Notes: generated by a model from the sequence alone, not told the origin. DNA of 64,000 nucleotides from Eledone cirrhosa (GCA_964016885.1 OZ024755.1:37696001-37760000); one strand, 5' to 3'; positions 25,627 through 38,111 are shown, counted from the stretch's first letter. Numbers and translations: made by a program.

Positions 25627-27712
25627 TCAGCCTGAGAATAATAGAGGGTGGGTCTTCTGTAAAATTGCATAGTGCCAGAGCTCGCGGTCCTGTGTCATTG
25701 CCTTTGAGAGGTGTAATTGTGCAAGGTCAGTTTTTATAACCTCATCCCAAGTGTTCCTAGACCTGCCCACACCACGGCTGCCATCAACTTTGAGTGTTCT
25801 GCACCTTGTTATACAGCTGTCATCCTTCAAATGCATCAGATGTCTATAACAATGAAATCTCCTCTCCTTCATGCAACAACTGATCACTCTTATGCCTAAT
25901 TTCTCACGCAGTATATTTATACTTTGCCATTCACGTATATTGCTATTGCACATCCAGCGAAGCATGGAGTCTTCATTTCTTTCTAATCTTTGCAGCCCCT
26001 CAGCACACAGTGCCCAGGTCTTGCTGCTGTGTAACATTGTTGTTCATATACATGCATCATACAATCTACCTTTCATTTGGGGGACAAACCTTTTGTAGCT
26101 CCCTGAATTTTCTCCGAACCAATCTCACTCTGGTTACTGTGTTTTCAGAACACCCTTGTCAACTACTGATTTGGTTACCCAGGTAAGGGAAACTATCTAC
26201 CACTTCAACTGAGCCCTCTGAACATTTGAAGGTGGTTGTATCCTGAGGGTTCTTGCTACTTACTCCCCCTGTGCACCTGCCATAAGTAAAACCTACATTC
26301 TTTGTTGCCTGCCTGAGACCCCACTACATCTCTTGTGTACCCATTGCTTGCATTTGGTACATAGAATGGAATTTTTACCTACTCCTTTTCTGCACACTGA
26401 GCAGAGCCATATCGCAGAGGAGATCTGGACCCTGTTATCCATCTACTTACTAGGACTTTAGTCTTTGCCTTTAGATTCTAGGCCTTGCTTCCAGGTTTGG
26501 AATTTCATCTCTAGTTCATCTATAGATTCAGCTATAAGGGTTAGGTCATCAGCATACAGAAGTTCCCATGGGCAGCTGGTCTTAAACTGCTCCGCTATTG
26601 CCTGCAGAGTGATAATAAACAGAAGAGAGCTAAGAACAGAGCCCTGATGGACACCAACCTGCATGCTAAATTCTTCACTATAGTTATTGTTAATTCTAAC
26701 CTTATTGGCGTTCTTCTATACATTGCTTGAATTGCCCTCACAAGCTAATCGCCAACTCCTAGTTTCCTTAGAGCCCACCAGATAATGGAATGGGGTACTC
26801 TGTCAAAAGTTTTCTCAAGGTCGACAAAAGCCAGGTAGAGGGGCTTACTTTTAGCTAGGTACTTCTCCTGCAGTTGTCTTATAAGGAAGAGGGCATCTGT
26901 GGTACTCTTACCTGGGACAAATCCAAACTGCATCTCATCTTTCTTAACACGTTCTCTGTTCTCTAATCAGCTGAGCTAAGACTCTTTCAGTGACCTTCAT
27001 AACCTGATCAACCAAATTAATGCCTCTATAGTTTTCTCTATCTAGGGCATCTCCTTTGTCCTTGTAACGGTTTACGATGATGCTGCTACACCACTCATTG
27101 GGTATGACACCATTTTATATGACTTGGTTTACAATGCGGGAGACTATGGTGTGGCCCACCATACCTGAAGTTTTCAGCATCTCAGCAACTATCCCTGAGG
27201 GGCCAACTGCCCTTCCTGACTTCATATCCTTGCTTGCTTTACTTACTATACCACCACTAACTTGTACAGCCGGTTCCTCTGTTGGATTGACATGTGACAG
27301 ACTGTCTTTATCCTGTGCATTCTCATTCAGTAATCTTTCATAGTGGCACTTCCTTGATACCTTCTTTTCAGCGTCAGTGAGAGCAAGTTCACCAAAATCA
27401 TTTCTGACACACTTCTCTCCACCAACATCACACTTTTCCCAGACACACTGTCTAGCGATCCTGAACACCTCACATCTTTGATCCTCATGCTGCAAAATTC
27501 GCTTACATTTTTTTGTTTTCTGCTTCTCTCTAGTGAGGTAAACTCGTCGCCTAGCTTCTCTCCTAGCTTTCTGGTAAACTTCCCTGCTAACCCCATTTTG
27601 CCAATCTTTCCAAGCCTGTCTTTTGGCCTTAATTGTCTCATCTACTTTACTATTCCACCACCAAGTAACTCTCTATCTCCCTAGAGACCTACTCCAGCCA
27701 CAGATTTCATCT
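25627..27712 (-). mobile_element. Degenerate RTE-clade LINE (RT plus C-terminal region)
   Basis: MQFGFVPGKSTTDALF..RQLQEKY...LYLAFVDLEKTFDRVP, GVHQGSVLSSLLFII, LLYADDL, SMLRWMC, GRSRNTWDEV; multiple frameshifts. Confidence 0.92.
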
Positions 27713-27713
27713 G

Positions 27714-28290
27714 TCACCTGAGATCCCCGAATGACGTTGGTCCTTGAACAATATGCAGAAGTGGCTGTAAATAAAAACAATCTCTCTTGTTAGGGTGGTC
27801 ATTGTAAACATGCCCAATAGTATCACTTACCTTGACTTCATCACCTTGCTTCCTTCGATTCCAGGTCCAGGTGTAGTATTTTGTGATGTCAGCATATAGG
27901 ATGGATCGAACAAATACATCATTCTGGCAGAGTTTTAAAAAAGCAGTTAAAGTATTGTCAGGTGGTGCTTGTGCCAACTGATGAACAGTGGTCTCAGTGA
28001 AATACACTCTGTCCATTTTCCAGATGGACTGCAAGGTTGACCACTGTTGGATGGCGTTGCTGGATATCAAATCCAAAGATCCGCCAAATAGATTTATTAC
28101 TGGAGATGTATTGACCTGTCTGATACTGTTTGACCTCAACCAGCCCACCATAATTGAGTTCCTTGTCAGTAACAAAGGTAGTATTGCTTTGACAGAGCTG
28201 CAATACTCAACATTGATATGAGCTCTTAGAAGTTGACACATTTTGTTTTGTTGGACTACCCAGCGATTGTCTAGGGTCAGCTCTAAGTCA
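27714..28290 (-). mobile_element. Helitron Rep/helicase coding fragment
   Basis: DNRWVV, AHINVEYCSSVKAI, QYISSN..IWRIFGFDI..RHPTVVNLAVHLENGQ, TLTAF, FYL..LL.IV.GPTSF.DLR. Confidence 0.9.
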
Positions 28291-28461
28291 AATAACATTG
28301 GAAAAAATAACGCACAAATTTATCCAACAATATGATTTTTTGAGTTATTGTTATATTTGAGTAGGGTCATGTCCTAATATTGCCAAAATAATAATTTAGC
28401 TGGCAATCAATGATTATCATTGATTGACCAACCGTTATACTTATAAATATAAATATAATTT

Positions 28462-28509
28462 CTCAAAGTTCTTTCGCCACACACATTTTTTTCTGACATC
28501 TTCAGTGAT
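28462..28509 (-). ncRNA. Degenerate hammerhead motif, paralogue of 33286-33328
   Basis: Minus strand tca CTGAAGA tgtcag...tggc GAAA gaac TT tga. Confidence 0.45.
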
Positions 28510-28754
28510 TTCCTCCCACTGTGTTTCTATAACAGTTTTTTTTTTGTTTTTTTTTGGATGCCAACTAAATTATTTATAAAGATATATAAATATACTGAAC
28601 TGAAGTGAAAACCAAACCAAACAGTGGGTGTGTTTTATTATTATTTTGGACAACATGACCCTCTCCAAATATAACAATATCTGTTTCAACACAGGATTTC
28701 ATATAAAAAAAACTTTGCAAAACAAATACATTGGATTTTCCCAGGGTTTCTTTG

Positions 28755-28819
<65 letters not shown>

Positions 28820-29162
28820 AAATAGCCGTCGAAACGGCTTGAGCTCTGCCGTCGGGGTCATACTTTTTTCCTATTACTGACTCTACTACCCTAAATATTG
28901 AGTACTCTGGTGCGTTATGGTCCATCTGGTTCCTTACCACATTTCCTTCGTTATATATCATTAACTTTAGAGAGAGGAAAAGTTGAAGAGCGTCTACACA
29001 CACACCTGTGTGTAGACGCTCTTAGGTTAGATATGTGTGTGTGTGTCACTGTTCTTAGGTTAGATATGTGTGTGTGTATCACCGTTCTTAGTTTAGATTT
29101 GTGTGTAGACGTTCTTCAACTTTTCCTCTCTCTAAAGTTAACGATATATATTTGACAAACGA

Positions 29163-29236
<74 letters not shown>

Positions 29237-29255
29237 TTATTTATTTATCAAAATA

Positions 29256-29330
29256 ACAGATTAAAGTTTAAGCAAAGAATCGCTGCTTTCATCCTAAACG
29301 GGATCTTCTGAAACTAAAAAGTCAATCTGT
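29256..29330 (-). ncRNA. Type I hammerhead-like fold in the PLE pLTR (variant core CAGAAGA)
   Basis: acagattga..agttt CAGAAGA tcccgtttaggat GAAA gcagcgattctttgc TT aaact ttaatctgt; copies at 32959-33033 (+) and 35944-36000 (-). Confidence 0.55.
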
Positions 29331-30176
29331 GAACGCAGAAGTAAATATTTCGAAAAACGTTGCAACCGAAGGAAGACAGGAAGACGAAACTTTGGTTCGT
29401 GGAAACGTTCCCTGGCAAAGAACGAAAAAAAACGAAGATATTACGTCATTATTTGGTGGAGTGAAAGTACCAGTAATACACTGGGTATTTGCTGGCCTTG
29501 TGTCTAACATAGAAACAATTATTTGGTGGAGTGAAAACAATTACACGCGAAGACAAAACGACGTTTATGGTATAAATGAAGTCGTAGACTAATATTCTAG
29601 TAGGTGATTCATGGAGACATTCTCTGGCAATGAACGGAAAAAACGAAGATAATACGTCATTATGTGGAGTAATGAGAACAATTACACGCAAAGACAAAAC
29701 CACGTAAATGGTATAACTGTAGTCGTAGACTATTTAGGAAACCGAATGATTCTCGGCTTCAGAGTTAAGAATAAAGTAAATAAAATACAGAGGTAATTGA
29801 AATTACGTATATAAATATACACACATAAATACGTAAATAACGCACACACACATACCTACAGGTAAATACACATATGTTCACTAAACTTACGTCAACCAAA
29901 ACACAATGTACACATATACACACCTTACATACGTGTAAACACGCATACACACACAAACACAAAATACACATATACACATAACCATATACACATGTACCAG
30001 TATATATAATATAATATATACGCCTATAACAAATACAAGCAAATATACGTACGAGAAAGTATACGTAACTTCACAAAACATACGGGTAAGGTATACTTAC
30101 CTAGTAAGTAATGGTATAAACATCAAATATACTTAGCTACCACATCAAGACATAAATTATCCGCGTATTGTTCGTA

Positions 30177-31890
30177 CTATCCGTCAGATTTTTTGTTTAA
30201 GATGTGGTCATTGGCGTAGAGTATTTCCAGGGCTTCAGCGGCGCAAAGATCGCATGGTCTTTTATTTCCGTTATACGATCTAGCCGTAGCTAGGATCTCC
30301 CAGTGTAACCTATATTGGGTGTGGTTGTCTTTTAGACTCCAGATATAAGCTGAAAGTGACGTCATATTCCTTCTTAAAGGGTTAAGCAAAGAATGGGTGT
30401 GCATGTAAAGACGCTGCTTGAATCTATTGGCGGTTAATCCTATGTAGGCCCTACGGGACGTGGGCGTTTCGACCTTACATTTGTTGACAATGTTACTGGA
30501 GAGGCATTTCCTGGATAGGGGGCAGTCAACCCGATTCCTACAATTTCAGTTAGTACTAGCTACAGGGTTGCACGTGTTCTTACGGCTAGGTAATTTAGCT
30601 AAATTTGAAGCAGTGATGTTATGTGCAAGGTTAGGAGTCGTAGAGTAAGATATTTTAATGGTATTTCTATTAAAAAATTTATTATATTTATGTGCTGAAG
30701 GGAAATGCTTATTAATAAGGGAGAGAAAGATCTTAGCTAATGGTATGGCCACCTCCATATATGGTGGGTTATACCATATAATGCGTCGGGATCTATTTTT
30801 CCTTGGTCTATGCTCATACTTAGTATATGCTACCTTATCGACAAATCTACTCCGAGCAAGAGCTTCATTGTAATATGTGGAATGGTCGGTGAAAATATGC
30901 TCATTTATAGATAGACGGGAAAGCCTCAAAGAAACGTTTCTTACCAGGTTCTTGGTTATGCTGGCAGGATGCTTAGAATGCTTACTTATGTAATTAAGCG
31001 TATCATTCGGCTTTCTATACAAGTAGTGCAAGCCATTCGACAAATTGAGGGTAACGTCGAGGTAATTAACGACCGAGAGGTTGGGGTAAACCTGTATGGA
31101 CAGGTTGAAGCCTTTAAAGAAGTCTGTGAGTTCTTTTCTGAACCTGTCGCAAGCGTGTGGACCGCACTTTGTCATGGTCAAAAGACCGACATCACAGTAC
31201 AAACCACCGCCCACATTGGGGAATTCTTCTTTGATAGAGAAAAGAAGGAAAAGGCCGATAAGATCAGTAACCTCCGCCGAATCGCTGGCGCCCATACTCA
31301 CGTCGAATGGGTTACTATTAGATTTTTTAAACCAAATAAAGTCGTCGAAATTAATCACCGACTTACGGGCATTGAGTATGACAGCAACCTCGAAATCCTT
31401 AACCACCGTGAGCGTTTTAGCGAAATAGATAGCTCTAAGAAGAAGTGGTAAAGTGATGGTGGAGTAGTAGTTATCGATGTCGAATTGGATAAAACGGCAA
31501 TGTTCCTTGTTGCATATGCCATTGAACCAATCAATCACCGCGAAAAATTGTTCCACAGTGCAAGAGGGGCTAAGCTTCTAATTTCAGGTATAATTCTATC
31601 TAAAATCCTTTTACTAAGTCTAACTGACTCGGACTTTGTAGGGTTAACAAGCCGAATAGAGGGGTTGTTGGCGAAATTGGGTTTGTGATCCTTCAGGGTA
31701 AAGTGGGGAGAAATAGGGTCCCGAGGTTCAGTCCGGTCCTGGATGTTGAGTTCAAAGGTGATTTTAAACTCAGCATCGTTGATGACACTCCGATTAGTTT
31801 TTCGGTAATGCTTAGTTACAGCATTATGTAGCAGTTGATGGTAAGTACTGCGCTCCACTTGATATAGATTGCCAGTTTTGTCGGAGTGGA
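30177..31890 (-). pseudogene. PLE reverse transcriptase + GIY-YIG endonuclease, disrupted
   Basis: SDKTGNLY, HKPNFANNPSIRLVNP, FIQFDIDNYY, FDVSMGASDSAEV, GLYCDVGL (YRDD degraded), YLDVTL, IIWYNPPY, [TGA]NCRNRVDCPLSRKC, AYIGLT.NRFKQR, CDLCAAEALEI; one frameshift near 31545. Confidence 0.9.
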
Positions 31891-31987
31891 CGTGTGAACA
31901 AATGTGTATTTACCTGTAGGTATGTGCGTGTGCGTTATTTACGTATTTATGTGTGTATATTTATAGACGTTTATATAATTATATGTA

Positions 31988-32634
31988 CTAGCAGAAAAAC
32001 CACCCACGGGTGGTTTTCTGCTAGCATGTGTAGTGTGTATATTGATATTATACGCAAATATATATGTATGTAGATATGATACATCAAATAATATCGTAAT
32101 TGACAATATACACAGAAATTGAGCGAAGACTGTGTTACACTGTCTTATGTAATCAGTAACGTAATCCATGATGCATTAAAAAAAAGACGATATTATATAT
32201 CTGCTCGCATGTGTAGTGTGTATATTGATATTATACGCAAGTATATATGCATGTAGATATGATCAAATAAAATCGTAATTGACAATATAAACAGAAATTG
32301 AACGAAGATTGCGTTACACTCTCTTATGTAATCAGTAACGTAATCCATTGTACATTAAAAAAAGACATTATATTAGGAGAAAATTAGTGACAGAAATAGA
32401 TGAATATTTATTTAAACGAACACTAACAGGAAGTGTTGACATTTGAAAATTTTAAAGAAGTGATCCTTTAAATAAGTAATAAAATATATTTAATGAACAT
32501 CCACGAAATTTAGTATATAAATTATGTAATATTCATTCATTATTTATTCAAAGTAATCCAACTTATTTTATTAATGGGATAACAAATTATAAACCGTACG
32601 CAGTCCCGCGCTTCTTACTATATTATCGTTTAGA
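31988..32634 (-). mobile_element. Non-autonomous Helitron-like element inserted in the PLE inverted repeat
   Basis: Minus strand A|TCTAAACGATAATATAG...; ends in palindrome ctagcagaaaaccacc..ggtggtttttctgCTAG|T; no TSD; interrupts otherwise collinear pLTR sequence. Confidence 0.8.
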
Positions 32635-33285
32635 TACACACATGCGTGTATGTATATATTTAATTATTCTTGATTTTAATAACCTCTGTCATTTTCGTTC
32701 TACTAATTTATTTACTTTATTCTTAACTTTGAAGCCGAGAATCATTCGGTTTCCTACATAGAATATTAGTCTACGACTTCATTTATACCATAAACGTGGT
32801 TTTGTCTTTGCGTGTAATTGTTCTCAATATTCCACATAACGACGTATTATCTTCGCTTTTTTCCGTTCGTTGCCAGGGAAACGTCTCCACGAACCAAAGT
32901 ATCGTCTTCCTGTTTTCCTTCGGTTGCAACGTTTTTCGAAATATTTACTTCTGCGTTCACAGATTGATTTTTTTTAGTTTCAGAAGATCATGTTAAGGGT
33001 GAAAGCAGCGATTCTTTGCTTAAACTTTAATGTTATTTTAATAAATATTTGCTCTAGGGTTCTTATATATTTGATATATATTTTTCCTTATCGAGCCCTC
33101 TTTGGAATTTAGTCTTCAAATTTATTATTATTACTATATATATATATATATATATATTGTTATACTTTGGGAGGGTCATGTTACCAATTAGAAACACACG
33201 TACCAGTTGCTTTCACTTCAATTTATTATAAATTTTATAACTTTCCGGTTGGTTGGTTCCACAACCCGATGGTTGTTCATATATT

Positions 33286-33328
33286 GTCAAAGTTCTTTCG
33301 TCACACATTCTGTGACCTCTTCAGTGAC
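33286..33328 (-). ncRNA. Minimal hammerhead ribozyme motif
   Basis: gtca CTGAAGA g gtcaca gaatg tgtgac GAAA gaac TT tgac: 4-bp stem I, 6-bp stem II. Confidence 0.6.
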
Positions 33329-33589
33329 TGGGGATTCTTTTCTTTGTTTTGTGCCTCTCCTTTGTTCTGTCCTACGCCATCTTGTTTTTGTGTGTGCTGT
33401 GTGCTTAGTTTGCGCATGTTACATCCGGGTGTCTGTGTGTGTTTTAGTTTGTTTATTTATACACAGTCCCATTACGACATTTCTGTGAGAGAAAGAGAGA
33501 GAGAAGTAACATTAAGGTAGTGGGAGAGTTAAGAAGTGTGTAAACAAATAAATAAATAAAAGTTATCGAACGCTGCTATCATTTTTTTT

Positions 33590-33760
33590 CTTTCTTGCGT
33601 TCTCTTACTCTCTCATCGTCTCTTTCCCTCTCTTTCATTGCCACCATCTCTCATCCCCTCACTCTCTCTCTCTCTCTCTCTCATCTCCTCTCTCTCTCTT
33701 TCTCTCATACTCTCTTTCTCTTATACTCTTTCTCTCACACTCTCTCTCTCCCTTTCTCTA
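33590..33760. repeat. (CT)n-rich polypyrimidine tract
   Basis: Direct reading. Confidence 0.85.
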
Positions 33761-34819
33761 CAGAATGGGAAACAAACAACAAACAAAATACAAAATGGAT
33801 AATTTCTTTCGATATTCATTAGAAAATAAGATAAATTGAATTTAAATGAATTCCTTGCTTTGCAAAGTAAGTTTTTTTGTACCATTACCTGTCCAAGTGT
33901 CAAGTGAAACTTTAGACTACAACATAGAAACTTATCTGGGTAATTCCCCACAATAAGAGATTTATCTTCTTTCTACAACATACCAACTCTAAGTTATAGT
34001 TGCTTTCTAAGGATTCAAACTATAAATAGGAATTCACAATGTACCTGGTCAGAAGTATAAAAACACACTCTTGACAGGTGCAATTTGCCCGAACACGGAA
34101 GAGCAGAACTCCCATCGTCATCGCCCCCATCTCTCTCGCCCTCCTCATCTCTCTGTATAGTGAGCAAATGGGGTCCTATGTGCTGGTCGTCCCACAGCCC
34201 CGGCGGACAGAATGGAGAAGGCGTTTTCCCGGAGGATGCTCTGGAAAGGCCATTTGTAATGTTGAGGAGTGTGGTTTGCTAGTTTTAGGCGGACACACAG
34301 AATCGCAAACTTGCATATATATATATATATATATATTCGATTTGTGATGTTTTGCATTCTTACAATAATATACACAACTGAATCCATTCGCCTAAAATAA
34401 GGGTTGCCTCCCTTGCCGATCCCCACGTGGGGTCAGTAATAGTCATTCCTTAAATTAGCATTGAACTAAAACCTGTTGAAATAGCGGCTTCCTTGTTCAA
34501 TCATCTTACCAGAAGCCTAACATTATTTATGTAAGCGGACAGTACTTGATTTAGGAGTCGGAGAAACCCAAATGCTGGATTTTACCAACCTTCCAGGGGT
34601 CCGGGTAAATTTTCAATCACATATATTTTTATTTGTTTGACCCGAATTACTTGATCGTTTTTTTGGCTATGCGGATCATTGTTTAACCATCGTCTCAGTG
34701 TGTTTGGCCTTTAACGTTTGTTATAGCTCTGGTTCATCTGAATCATTGAGCACTTGCCACACATCTCGGAGGTTGTTTTTCGTTATTTCATAGGCCGAAA
34801 TACGATTCTCGATAATTTA

Positions 34820-34859
<40 letters not shown>

Positions 34860-34895
34860 AGTTTGCGATTCTGTGTGTCCGCCTATTATATATTG

Positions 34896-35064
34896 ACATT
34901 GCCCCTACATGGACACACTAGAAGAGGAAGACCAAGGTTAACGTATGTTGATGCCCTAAGGACAGACACTGGTCTGTTGGATACGCAGGACATGGCAGCG
35001 ATAATGAGGGACAGAGACCGCTGGAGAGAACTCGTCCATGGATCTCGGGAATTTTACCCGCCTT

Positions 35065-35066
<2 letters not shown>
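34896..35066 (+). mobile_element. RTE-like LINE 3' fragment
   Basis: HGHTRRGRPRLTYVDAL..DTGL......M.DRDRWRELV. Confidence 0.75.
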
Positions 35067-35102
<36 letters not shown>

Positions 35103-35136
35103 GTGAAAACTAAAATCCGAAGAGGTCTCGATAAGG

Positions 35137-35176
<40 letters not shown>

Positions 35177-36201
35177 AATATAAATTCAGCGAGAATCGCA
35201 TTACAGCGGGTAGAAAAAGCGAAACATAACGCAAATTCCGAGTCATGCTGGCAAGCGTTCCATAGGCTAAAAGACCAGAGCAATAAACATAGGTTATAAA
35301 GGCCATACAAAGTGAGAAGGCGGTCAAGAAGCGTTTAACCACCTAAGCCAAAAAAAGTCAAGCTAAACAGGTCAGACAAAATAAATGACATAATCATATA
35401 TATATATATATATAAAAATAGAGTTGTGATGTATTAGTAAAAAGGAAAAGAAAATGCTGACAAATTTTTCCCAGTGAAAAATAGTTTAATTAGGAATAAG
35501 TACAAAATAAGTACTTGAGATAGAGCGCTCGTGATGTTTGCTCTAGCAAACATCACGAGCGTTCTATCTCAAAATTATTTTTGAAAAGCATTAGGAATGC
35601 GCAACCGGTAAAAACTTAAAACTAAAACTGAATACTAACAAATACTTATTACTAATTTGTACTTATTCCTAATTAAACTATTTTTCACTGGGAAAAATTT
35701 GTCAGCATTTTCTTTTCCTTTTTACTAATATATATATATATAACGAACCCGGACCCTTGGAATTGATGGTAAAATCCAGTACAGGGTTTCTGCGACACCC
35801 AAATCAATAATACTTACTGCTTAAAACAAGAAGCTTTTGGTATAATGATCGTACAAGGAATATCACGTTATCAACAGGTATTTTGTTCTGCGCCAGTATT
35901 GCTATAAATATATAAAACCATAGGGCAAATATTTATTAAAATAACAGATTAAAGTTTAATCAAAGAATCGCTGCTTTCACCCTTAACGGAATCTTCTGAA
36001 GCTGTTTCAGAAGATAATATATATATAATATATATATATTTAATACATTAACAGAGAAAGCTTTAAGCAATACTCCGACCGGCTTCCGTCTCACTCAACA
36101 AACATTAGGATATACCTTAGTATAATCCCAATTATACGTTTGGGGTGCTAACTATACGTATTTTGCGGATAGCCAGTTGTATTATTTTATATGAGACATA
36201 A

Positions 36202-36235
<34 letters not shown>

Positions 36236-36376
36236 AACGAGTAGGACCCCGACGGCTGAGCTCAAGCTGTTTCGACGGCTAATTCTGGACTAGTTCCTAT
36301 TACCCACTCTACTACCCTAAGTATTGAGTACTTTGGTGCGTTATGGTCCACCTGGTTCCTTACCACATTACCTTCG

Positions 36377-36418
<42 letters not shown>

Positions 36419-36552
36419 CTTTTGTCTTTTACAATACAAACACTTAGGTGTTTATCATATATTAATTTATATTAACTTGTATTACACGGCTCAGAAATGC
36501 TTCTTTCTTTGAGCTAATTAATTGTAAATGACTCTTTGAGTGTACACTCTAA

Positions 36553-36614
<62 letters not shown>

Positions 36615-36829
36615 TGTGCTTTCGTTCTGTAAGCATTGTATTATATTTCTTTTTATGCAACAGTGAATAAAACTTTGATATCTTCAAAATAAAAAAATAA
36701 GTTGTATGAATAACATTAGGAATTGTTCACAGTTCTTTCAAAATGAAAATGTAAGCACATATAATAAATAATGTGTATAAAAATAAAATAATATAATTCT
36801 TTGAACAAAAATGATAAAGGAACACAATT

Positions 36830-37065
36830 CTCTTCTTCGTCGTCCAGTTAGTCCTGTGGGGGTCACGGGGGGAAGAGTCCTCAAGCACTACTTCCTGCAG
36901 CTCCTGCCAGAAACAACTGTCTCCAATTGACTCGGCAGGATTCCCAAGCGGGACCAGCCAAGCTCATGGACATATCCAGCCATCCCGCTCGGAATCTACC
37001 CCTGGGTCTCCTGCCGGTTGGTTTTGGCCCTAAAATATGTCTAGCGATTCTTTCTTGAAGCATTT
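36830..37065 (-). mobile_element. RTE-like LINE 3' fragment
   Basis: ERIARHILGPKPTGRRPRGRFRAGWLD, ending in a gaagaagag tail. Confidence 0.7.
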
Positions 37066-37189
37066 TAATCTAATTAATAAATAAATATTAATTGCTAAAT
37101 CTTAAGTCTTTTATTTGATAGGATGAGGTAGTGGAAGTATTAACTACCAATTCAAAAATGTGTGTGTCTATTTATATAATATAATAATA

Positions 37190-37420
37190 ATAATGAAATT
37201 ATTGTGTACAGTGCTCAGGTGCACTACAACTCATCAAAGGTGCATGTATAGTACATAGAATAATAAAGTGTCAGGAAAATGAACAGTGTATGAGTCATGA
37301 TATAATAACAATAATGAAATATTGTGTACAGTGCCCAGGTGCACCACAACTCATCAAAAAAGTGCATGTACAGTACATAGGGCAATGCACAAACATCAGT
37401 AAAATGAACAGTAACGAACG
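37190..37420 (-). mobile_element. Two tandem CR1-like 3' UTR fragments
   Basis: Reverse complement matches 63230-63345 (tacatgcacctttgatgagttgtagtgcacctg...ttcattattatt). Confidence 0.7.
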
Positions 37421-37669
37421 ACATAACAGAAATCAATAAAATAATTACTGATCGACTAATTGAAGGCGATATCCCAGCATGGCCGCAGCCTAATTATTAA
37501 AGCCCAGTAAAAGTACTAAAGAAAATTATATATATACTCTATATATCCAAACGTAATGAATCAAAACATATCAGATATGTTAGAATGTTGTGTTTCCCGA
37601 TAAGTAAGTTCAATAGAATTTATCTAGAGCCATAATATGATTCTTTCTCTCTCTATATACATACATAAC

Positions 37670-38055
37670 TGGCGAATCTCGCGAGGGCGCTTGGTTGTTC
37701 CAGCGCATCAGCCTCGCCATCACCCGAGGCAACGCTGCCAGTGTGCTGGGTTGCCTCTAAAATAATTAGAGAGGTTGCCCAGTACTCCTCGCGATGCTGC
37801 TGTCTTTTGCTCTGGTGTTGGCTCGCTTGTTCACCCCTTCCTTTATATTTTCTTTAACATTGTAACATTTAAGGATTATATCTTTCTGACAGAATCGCGA
37901 CCAATTTATAATGTCATCTAAGCATTTGTAATGTTATTTATGTATATATTTAAAACATATTTGTTATGTTATTCTACTGTAAATTTATTTATATGCTTTG
38001 TATATATCACGTGTTTATATTTTCACTCCCATTTGTAATGTTATTTAATAAAATT
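37670..38055 (+). mobile_element. 3' end of a CRE-like LINE
   Basis: ESREGAWLFQRISLAITRGNAASVLGCL* then a 3' UTR ending in aataaa. Confidence 0.85.
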
Positions 38056-38056
38056 A

Positions 38057-38111
<55 letters not shown>

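Larger units (their letters stand above)
29240..33045 (-). mobile_element. Penelope-like retroelement (Naiad-type), 5'-truncated, with inverted pLTR copy
   Basis: RT+GIY-YIG coding region 30177-31890; 29240-29880 is repeated in inverted orientation at 31895-31987 plus 32635-33045; abuts (TA)n. Confidence 0.9.
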
